Below are positions 57,408 through 64,000 of a DNA stretch of 64,000 nucleotides, piece after piece. Every line of letters starts with the position of its first letter. The stretch's first letter is position 1. The translations under genes were made by a program, and so were the position numbers. The DNA comes from Candidatus Saccharicenans sp. (lineage in GTDB: Bacteria; Acidobacteriota; Aminicenantia; Aminicenantales; Saccharicenantaceae), in contig JAOAIU010000062.1 of NCBI GenBank assembly GCA_026414545.1, forward strand, positions 30,255 through 94,254, given 5' to 3'. The notes below the pieces were generated by a model. That model made no database searches and had not been told where the DNA came from. It was given only the letters and a program-made list of their open reading frames with translations.

Positions 57408-58157
57408 ATGGTAATGCTTGGTAAAAAGTTTGACCGGGTCGTAGAAGAGGTCAAGGAACAGGAAAAAAAGCCAAAAAGAGAGAAGAGTCTGTTCCGTGAA
57501 TATTTTGAGCTTATAGCCGAAACGGCAGTTTTCGTATTTTTTGTCATGACCTACGTGGTTCAGGCCTTCCAGATTCCCACCGGCTCAATGGAGCCAACTC
57601 TCCTGGTGGGCGATTTTCTCCTGGTCAACAAGTTCATCTATGCCCGGCCTCAGGGAGCTCTGGAATCTTTCATCCTGCCTTCCAAGAAGCTGGAACGCCA
57701 GGACATCGTGGTTTTCAAGTGGCCAAGAGACCTGAGCAAAGATTTTGTCAAGCGGGTCATTGCCCTGGAAGGGGAGAAGGTCGAGATCAAGGACAAGGAA
57801 GTTTTCATCAACGACCGCCCGCTGGAGGAACGGTACAAGGTCCATAATGATACCCAGATATTTCAGAAGGGCAATTTTTACCAGTATGACGACGTAATCA
57901 GAGATAATTATGGACCGGTGGTGGTGCCCCCGGGCCATGTCTTTGTGATGGGCGACAACCGGGATAACAGCCTGGATAGCCGGTACTGGAGTTTCCTGCC
58001 CACTTCCTACATCAAGGGCCGTCCCTGGCTGATTTATTTTTCCTACGAAGCGGAAAAAGATGCTTACCAGAAAAACGGGATGAAAGACCGGGTCCGGAAA
58101 TTTTTCCGCTTCGTCTTCAAAACCCGCTGGAAGCGAATGCTCAAGGTTATCATGTGA
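57408..58157 (+). CDS. lepB: signal peptidase I
   Basis: 249 aa. Contains IPTGSMEPTLLVGDF, KRVIALEGE and GDNRDNSLDSRYW. Confidence 0.95.
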   Translation: MVMLGKKFDRVVEEVKEQEKKPKREKSLFREYFELIAETAVFVFFVMTYVVQAFQIPTGSMEPTLLVGDFLLVNKFIYARPQGALESFILPSKKLERQDIVVFKWPRDLSKDFVKRVIALEGEKVEIKDKEVFINDRPLEERYKVHNDTQIFQKGNFYQYDDVIRDNYGPVVVPPGHVFVMGDNRDNSLDSRYWSFLPTSYIKGRPWLIYFSYEAEKDAYQKNGMKDRVRKFFRFVFKTRWKRMLKVIM

Positions 58158-58236
58158 AGGCCAGTCTTTCACCTGAAAAATATTGACCCCTCCCGGCTTC
58201 TGCAATAAGATTATTCCGACTGGATTTTTAAGGCGA

Positions 58237-59034
58237 ATGGGCAAACAGTGCATCGCCCTGCTGACCGATTTTGGTACGCGGGACTATTTTGTAGCTTCCC
58301 TCAAGGGAGTCATACTGTCGATCAATCCTGATTGTGCCATCGTCGACATCAGCCATGAAGTTCCAGAGTATGACCTGAAGGCGGCAGCCTTTATTCTCTG
58401 GGCCTGTTATCGGTTTTTTCCAGGCGGGACAATTTTCCTGACCGTGGTCGACCCGGGAGTGGGCAGTGAGCGCCGAATTATACTGGCCAGAAGCCCGCGC
58501 TATTTTTTTATCGCTCCGGATAACGGGGTCCTGTCGCTGATCCTAAAACAGGATAATCCTGAGCTCTGGGAGCTGACCGGTCGGGCTCACTTCCTGGCCG
58601 ACCGCAGGTCAAGCTTTGAGGGCCGGGATAAGATGGCTCCGGTGGCCGCCTGGTTAAGCCTGGGAGTGTCCCTGTCCGAGCTTGGCCGCCCGGCCGAAAA
58701 TCCCCGGAGGCTGGAGGTTTCCGAGCCACAGCTTGAAAACCGGGAAATCCAGGGACAGATTTTGTACCGCGACCGATTCGGTAACCTCATCACCAATCTC
58801 GACCAGCAGTTAATTGCCCGGTTTTTGACCGGTAACCGCGGAGCCAGACTGGTCTTGGTGGCCGGGAAAAAGAAAATATCCGAAATGGCGGCCTCCTATT
58901 CATCTGGCGGCTCGGACCGGCCTTTTTTCATAATCAACAGCCTGGGGCTGCTGGAAATAGCGGTATATAAGAAGGCAGCGGCCGAGGTCCTGGGACTGGA
59001 ACCGGGCGACCCGGTCATTCTGAAAGCGGATTAA
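58237..59034 (+). CDS. SAM hydrolase / SAM hydroxide adenosyltransferase family protein (DUF62)
   Basis: ATG 58237 preferred. Contains IALLTDFGTRDYFVASLKGV and VVDPGVGSER. Confidence 0.82.
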   Translation: MGKQCIALLTDFGTRDYFVASLKGVILSINPDCAIVDISHEVPEYDLKAAAFILWACYRFFPGGTIFLTVVDPGVGSERRIILARSPRYFFIAPDNGVLSLILKQDNPELWELTGRAHFLADRRSSFEGRDKMAPVAAWLSLGVSLSELGRPAENPRRLEVSEPQLENREIQGQILYRDRFGNLITNLDQQLIARFLTGNRGARLVLVAGKKKISEMAASYSSGGSDRPFFIINSLGLLEIAVYKKAAAEVLGLEPGDPVILKAD

Positions 59035-59062
59035 GACTTCAGGTCGGAGTGTCTGAAAGCCT

Positions 59063-61246
59063 ATGGAGTGCCTGGAAGGAACGGTTGAACAGATAATCTT
59101 TTATAACCCGGAGAATGGTTATACCGTTTTCAAAATCAAGACCGAAAGCCAGGAGGTCACGGTCGTCGGCAACTTCCCGCCGCTTTCTCCGGGCGAGTGC
59201 TTGAAATTAACCGGTCGCTGGGAAAAGAATTCCCGTTTTGGCCCCCAGTTCCAGATGGAATCATTCAGCCTGACCCTGCCTTCATCGGTCCGAGGAGTGG
59301 AAAGGTTTCTGGCTTCGGGTTTGATCAGGGGGGTTGGCCCGGTACTGGCCCAGAGAATTGTCAAAAAGTTTGGAGAAAGGACGGTCAGCATTCTCAGCGA
59401 GACTCCGGAGAAATTAAAACAGGTAGCGGGAATCGGGGAGAAAAAATTTTCTGAAATACTTAAGTCCTGGGAGGAGCATAAGGAAATCCGGGACCTGATC
59501 ATCTTCCTCCAGGCACATAACATATCTACCACCTTGGCTTACAAGATTTACCGCACCTACGGCCAGGCGGCATTTGAAGTTCTGAGGCGCAACCCCTACC
59601 AGCTCTGTCTTGATATCTGGGGAGTGGGTTTTAAGACCGCCGACCAGATAGCCCTCAAGCTGGGCTTGCCCCCTGATTCTCCGGAAAGGGTCAAAGCTTT
59701 CATCCTCTACCTCCTGGAGAAAGATAATGAACAGGGACACGTTTTCTCGGATGAAGTTGAAATAAAGGAGAAGTGCTGCCAGGAACTGGGAATTGAGCCA
59801 CAGAAGGTGGCCCAGGCCCTTGATGATCTTCTGGACAATGGGTCGCTGGTTAGAGAGGTGGTGAACGGTCAGTCTGCCCTGTACCTGCCGTTTTTCTTCC
59901 AGGCCCAGGAAGAGGTGGCCCGTATCATTTGCCGGATGGCTGCCCAGCCGGCTGCCCCTCCGGACTTTGACCCAGAAACTAGAATTGTTGAGGTCGAAGA
60001 AAAATGTGGGTTGAAATTCTCCGGGCAGCAGAAGAAGGCCATCCTCAGCAGCCTTAATAAAAGAATCATAATAATTACCGGCGGCCCCGGCACTGGGAAG
60101 ACCACCATTGTCCGGGCCATAGTTGAGATTTTCGAGAGCTGGCAGAAAAGGATCCTGCTGGCCGCTCCCACCGGCCGGGCGGCCAAGCGATTGGCCGAGA
60201 CCACCGGCCGGGAAGCGAAAACTATCCACCGCCTGCTGGAGTTTCAGCCTAAGGAAGGACGGTTCAAGAGGGGCCCGAATCATCCCCTCCGCGGCGAAGC
60301 CCTCATCGTGGATGAAGTCTCCATGGTGGACCTGCCCCTGATGTATCACCTGCTGCGGGCCGTTCCGCCAGAGATGAGGCTGATACTTGTCGGGGATAAA
60401 GACCAGTTGCCGCCGGTCGGGCCGGGTAACCTGCTCCGGGATTTGATCGATTCCGGGTTGCTGGAAGTTATCCGGCTTGATGAAATTTTCCGACAGGCCG
60501 GAGAAAGCCTGATTGTGGTCAACGCACACCGGATCAACCACGGGCAGTCCCTGGTCTATCCCCGACGTGGCGACCCGGAATCTGATTTTTATTTTTTTCA
60601 CCAGGAAGACGAGGAGAAAGTTTTCAAACTGATCCTGAAACTCTGCCAGCACAATATCCCCAGGAGGCTTAACCTCAGTCCGCTCTCCACCCAGATACAG
60701 GTTATCACCCCGATGTACCGTGGCCTGGCCGGGGTAGACAACCTCAACCTGGAACTGCAGAAGGCTCTTAACCCAGGAACCGCCGGGTTGAAGGTTGGAC
60801 AGAAGGAATTCCGCGTCCGCGACAAGGTCATGCAGGTTAGAAATGATTACGAAAAAGAAGTATTCAACGGAGACCTGGGGACCGTGGTCCAGGTAGACCC
60901 GGAGAGATTCGGGCTGCTGGTAGACTTTGAAGGCCGGTTAATTTTTTACGAGAAGGATGAACTGGCCGACCTGGTGCTGGCCTACGCCATTTCTGTTCAC
61001 AAAGCCCAGGGTAATGAATACCAGGCCGTGGTCATGCCCCTGTTGACCCAGCATTATATTATGCTCCAGCGCAACCTTTTCTATACGGCCCTGACCAGGG
61101 CCCGCAGGTTGAGCGTAATCATAGGTTCTTATCGGGCTCTGCATATCGCCATTAAGAATGATAAGCCGGTTCAGAGAAATTGTCGGCTGAAAGAAAAGCT
61201 CCTGGAAATCGCCAGTGGCCGGGAATCAACTTTGCGGTTGTTTTAA
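59063..61246 (+). CDS. recD2: RecD2-type SF1B ATP-dependent DNA helicase
   Basis: 727 aa. N-terminal OB/HhH region, then GGPGTGKTT (Walker A), LIVDEVSMV, VGDKDQLPPVGPG and a C-terminal AISVHKAQGNEY. Confidence 0.92.
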   Translation: MECLEGTVEQIIFYNPENGYTVFKIKTESQEVTVVGNFPPLSPGECLKLTGRWEKNSRFGPQFQMESFSLTLPSSVRGVERFLASGLIRGVGPVLAQRIVKKFGERTVSILSETPEKLKQVAGIGEKKFSEILKSWEEHKEIRDLIIFLQAHNISTTLAYKIYRTYGQAAFEVLRRNPYQLCLDIWGVGFKTADQIALKLGLPPDSPERVKAFILYLLEKDNEQGHVFSDEVEIKEKCCQELGIEPQKVAQALDDLLDNGSLVREVVNGQSALYLPFFFQAQEEVARIICRMAAQPAAPPDFDPETRIVEVEEKCGLKFSGQQKKAILSSLNKRIIIITGGPGTGKTTIVRAIVEIFESWQKRILLAAPTGRAAKRLAETTGREAKTIHRLLEFQPKEGRFKRGPNHPLRGEALIVDEVSMVDLPLMYHLLRAVPPEMRLILVGDKDQLPPVGPGNLLRDLIDSGLLEVIRLDEIFRQAGESLIVVNAHRINHGQSLVYPRRGDPESDFYFFHQEDEEKVFKLILKLCQHNIPRRLNLSPLSTQIQVITPMYRGLAGVDNLNLELQKALNPGTAGLKVGQKEFRVRDKVMQVRNDYEKEVFNGDLGTVVQVDPERFGLLVDFEGRLIFYEKDELADLVLAYAISVHKAQGNEYQAVVMPLLTQHYIMLQRNLFYTALTRARRLSVIIGSYRALHIAIKNDKPVQRNCRLKEKLLEIASGRESTLRLF

Positions 61247-61295
61247 TTCTCAGCTGGTTTATAATAAGTAGTAATTGAAAGGAGGCAAGACGATT

Positions 61296-61457
61296 ATGGA
61301 AAAATGGGAATGTACTGCCTGCGGTTATATCTACGACCCGGAAGTCGGGGATCCTGACAATAACATCCCGCCCGGCACGCCCTTTGAGTCATTGCCGGAT
61401 GATTGGGTCTGCCCACAATGCGGAGTGGGCAAAGAATTTTTTCAAAAAATCAGCTGA
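61296..61457 (+). CDS. rubredoxin
   Basis: ATG 61296 (AGGAGG 8 nt upstream). Sequence [15 protein letters not shown]...DDWVCPQCG carries two CxxCG knuckles. 53 aa. Confidence 0.93.
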   Translation: MEKWECTACGYIYDPEVGDPDNNIPPGTPFESLPDDWVCPQCGVGKEFFQKIS

Positions 61458-61493
61458 ACCCCGGCAGATTGATGGCCGGCTGAAAGCTATCCG

Positions 61494-62711
61494 ATGAGAG
61501 TGGTCATACTGGGCAATGGTCTGAGTGGAACCATCTGCGGCAAGACTATCAGGGAACTTGATTCGCAGGCAGAAATTATCATTGTCGGAGAAGAGAAGTA
61601 CCCCTATTATCCCAGGCCCAACCTGATTGATTTCCTGGCCGGGTTGATTCCTCTGGAAAAAGTCTTTGCTTTTAACGAGGGCTGGGCCGAAAGGCAGCGG
61701 CTTCAGCTCAGGCTCGGGGTCAGGGCCGTCAGGCTTGACCCAGACAAAAAAGCGGTAAACTTTGAGGACGGAGACAAACTGGTGGCTGACCGGCTGGTTC
61801 TGGCCACCGGGGCTTGCCCCATCGTCCCTCCGGTTGCCGGCGCAGACCGCGAAGGTGTTTTTACCATCAGGACGCTGGACGATGTCCTGGAATTGCTCGA
61901 TTTTATCCGCGGCCGACCTGAAATTGTCATCCTGGGTGGAGGTCTCCTCGGCCTGGAAATAGCCAGAGCTCTAAACCTTCGCAGCCTGGGACGGATCACG
62001 GTAGTTGAGGTCTTCAATCGCCTGCTTCCCCGACAGCTGGATGAGACCGGTGCCCGGTTACTGCAATCTCACCTGGAAGGCCTGGGGATAAGTTTTTTTA
62101 TCGGCCGGGAGGTTTCTGAGATTCTCGGCGACCATCGGGTCAGCGGGATCCGTTTTAAGGACGGGGCAACCATTCCGGCGGGAGTGGTCATCGTGGCTTC
62201 TGGTGTCAGGCCCAGGCTGGACCTGGCCCGGGAGGCTGGCCTGGATTGTGGGCGCGGAGTGATAGTTGATGATTACTTAAAAACCAGTCGCGACCGCATC
62301 TACGCTGCCGGCGACGTGGCTGAACACCGGGGAAAAGTCTATGGTCTGATTCCGGCTGCTTTTGACCAGGCTCGGGCTCTGGCCTACAACCTCTGCGGCC
62401 AGACCAAGAAGTACGAGGGCACAGTTCCGTCCAGCACCCTTAAGGTTGTGGGTATCTACCTGACCTCCATCGGGCTGGTCAATCCCGAGGCTGACGGCTA
62501 TGAGATTTTAACCTGGCAAAGACCCGAAGCCGGTCTCTATAAAAAACTGGTGCTAAAGGAAAATTCGGTCGTCGGGGCCATCTGGTTTGGCACCAGAAGG
62601 GGAACCCAGGAAATTAGCCGGCTCATCCAGTCGGGTAAAAAAGTTGAGGAGTACAAGAACGAGATTCTGGAAGAGGAGTTTGATTTTTCCAAAATCTTCC
62701 GTGATAGCTAA
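61494..62711 (+). CDS. FAD/NAD(P)H-dependent oxidoreductase, NADH:rubredoxin reductase-like
   Basis: 405 aa. Contains VVILGNGLSG (FAD), IVILGGGLLGLE (NAD) and YAAGDVAE. Sits immediately downstream of rubredoxin. Confidence 0.85.
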   Translation: MRVVILGNGLSGTICGKTIRELDSQAEIIIVGEEKYPYYPRPNLIDFLAGLIPLEKVFAFNEGWAERQRLQLRLGVRAVRLDPDKKAVNFEDGDKLVADRLVLATGACPIVPPVAGADREGVFTIRTLDDVLELLDFIRGRPEIVILGGGLLGLEIARALNLRSLGRITVVEVFNRLLPRQLDETGARLLQSHLEGLGISFFIGREVSEILGDHRVSGIRFKDGATIPAGVVIVASGVRPRLDLAREAGLDCGRGVIVDDYLKTSRDRIYAAGDVAEHRGKVYGLIPAAFDQARALAYNLCGQTKKYEGTVPSSTLKVVGIYLTSIGLVNPEADGYEILTWQRPEAGLYKKLVLKENSVVGAIWFGTRRGTQEISRLIQSGKKVEEYKNEILEEEFDFSKIFRDS

Positions 62712-62748
62712 ATAAAAATCTTGGCAACCAAATAAACAGGAGCAAATC

Positions 62749-63762
62749 ATGTCCAAGCGGAATGCGCTGATTATTCTGGCTTGCTTCTTCTGGCTGTCGA
62801 CCAGCCTGGCGGCCCAGATTAAAGCCGGCGGCTATTTTTCTTTTGAGTACCTGAAAAGCCAGTCTGAAGGTCTGTATTCCAAGGGTACCTTTACCAATTT
62901 CAACGGTGGCCTGACCGTTTCCGGACTGATTTACGGCAGCCTGAGTTTCCTGGCTGAAGGCCGCCTGGCCTCCCACGATAATTTCACCCTGGCCCAGGCC
63001 TACATCACCATTGAGGGCAACCAGCTGTTCGGCTTGAAGATGGGACTGTTTGAGATTCCCTTTGGCCGTTATAACCGCGCGGCCCGGCCACACGAAAACC
63101 CCACCGTTTTCAGGCCTCTGGCCTTCCACTTCTTCCCTTACCGCTGGAATGACCTGGGAATCTGCTTGCAGGGCAATTATGCCATTTTTTATTATTCAGC
63201 CTACATAATTAATGGCCTCTCAGCCGACAGCCAGGGCTACCTGGAAACTAAATTTACCGACCCCAACAAAGATAAAGCCATGGGCGGTCGCCTTGGCTTG
63301 CGTTTCGGCGAAGGGGTTGAACTCGGTGCTTCCATTTACAACGGAAAGTACGACCCCGACGGGACCAAGGACGTTCAGTTTCGGGGCCTGGACCTGCTCT
63401 GGCTGACTCCGGAGTGGGAGGTAAGGGGAGAGTACATCCAAGCGGTTTATGACCATCCCACCCTGAACCGGAAGATTGATTTTGAGGGCTATTACTTGAC
63501 GGTCAGCATGCTCTTCAAGAGCTTTCGCTTGTATTATAGCTTTCAGAAGTCAGACCTGCCGCAGAACCTGGTCGATGACCATCAGGGTCCGCCGCTGAAT
63601 ATCTTCCTGGAGACGATGGTCAGTAAGACCAGGTCAGCCGTGGGCTTGAAGTGGGATGCGGCTGGCAATTTTTACGCCAAGCTCGAGTATGACTGGAACA
63701 AAGAAAAAAATATTAAGTTGAAGGATAATGTGCTCTTAGTCCAGGTAGGTTTTGCCTTCTGA
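62749..63762 (+). CDS. outer-membrane beta-barrel porin-like protein
   Basis: 337 aa. Signal peptide ..STSLAAQ, alternating amphipathic strands, aromatic girdle residues and C-terminal ..VQVGFAF. Confidence 0.65.
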   Translation: MSKRNALIILACFFWLSTSLAAQIKAGGYFSFEYLKSQSEGLYSKGTFTNFNGGLTVSGLIYGSLSFLAEGRLASHDNFTLAQAYITIEGNQLFGLKMGLFEIPFGRYNRAARPHENPTVFRPLAFHFFPYRWNDLGICLQGNYAIFYYSAYIINGLSADSQGYLETKFTDPNKDKAMGGRLGLRFGEGVELGASIYNGKYDPDGTKDVQFRGLDLLWLTPEWEVRGEYIQAVYDHPTLNRKIDFEGYYLTVSMLFKSFRLYYSFQKSDLPQNLVDDHQGPPLNIFLETMVSKTRSAVGLKWDAAGNFYAKLEYDWNKEKNIKLKDNVLLVQVGFAF

Positions 63763-63850
63763 AGGCTTTATGAGACCCCTGAAATCTGGTAGAATAGCGC
63801 GGGTTTTTTTGCAGACAGGATTTTGAGGATGAATGTCTAAGGACGGCAAC

Positions 63851-64000
63851 ATGGCCAATCTTCTAGTTCTCGGGACGCAGTGGGGCGACGAAGGCAAGGG
63901 CAAGATAGTCGATTTTCTGGCCCCGGCTTTCGAAATCATCGCCAGGTACCAGGGCGGGCACAACGCCGGTCACACGGTTTATCTTGGCGGCAAAAAGATT
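63851..64000 (+). CDS. purA: adenylosuccinate synthetase, N-terminal fragment (continues off-window)
   Basis: Manual translation gives [50 protein letters not shown], with the GDEGKGK P-loop and GGHNAGHT. An in-frame ATG at 63833 is an alternative start. Confidence 0.9.
   Translation, partial: MANLLVLGTQWGDEGKGKIVDFLAPAFEIIARYQGGHNAGHTVYLGGKKI

Overview
This is a 64-kb chromosomal window from a diderm (Gram-negative-type) bacterium of moderate GC content. The lineage is probably uncultivated and Acidobacteriota/Aminicenantes-like; that guess rests only on a TIGR03436-like VWFA protein and the style of the large exported hydrolases, so confidence is low. All calls come from reading the ORF translations against remembered family motifs. 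No database search was run.

About 59 protein genes, 3 tRNAs and no rRNA are supported. I found no CRISPR array, IS element, integrase or prophage signature.

Most of the window is core genome in deeply conserved syntenies:
- gap-pgk-tpiA-secG-tRNA-Leu(GAG)
- nnr-tsaE-apt-purine permease
- phoH-pgpH(7TM-HD)-ybeY-corC/tlyC-era
- uppS-cdsA-dxr-rseP-ispG
- ychF-tgt-yajC-secD-secF followed by tonB-exbB-exbD
- lepB, recD2, rubredoxin plus reductase, and the start of purA

The less ordinary parts are:
1. A translationally coupled ParB/Srx-like plus spore-photoproduct-lyase-family radical SAM pair with its own promoter (47.8-49.9 kb). This is my best candidate for an undescribed DNA repair or modification module.
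2. A PAPS-forming island, RHH-sat-(alkaline-phosphatase-superfamily phosphodiesterase)-cysC-WbpP/TviC-like epimerase (33.0-37.5 kb), with no reductive or sulfotransferase partner in view.
3. An island of exported hydrolases (13-26 kb). It includes a Tat-signal-bearing sugar-isomerase-like protein co-operonic with a large M14 peptidase, and a beta-propeller::phosphoesterase lipoprotein.
4. Orphan hypCDE.
5. A three-cysteine LarE.
6. A ComEA/HhH-like insertion in the SecF periplasmic loop.
7. Three unusually long intergenic regions rich in hairpins (3.1-3.4, 15.9-16.4, 32.5-33.0 kb) that could hide small RNAs.

Several start codons were re-placed relative to the ORF track using SD sequences, promoters, tRNA overlaps and upstream stop codons.
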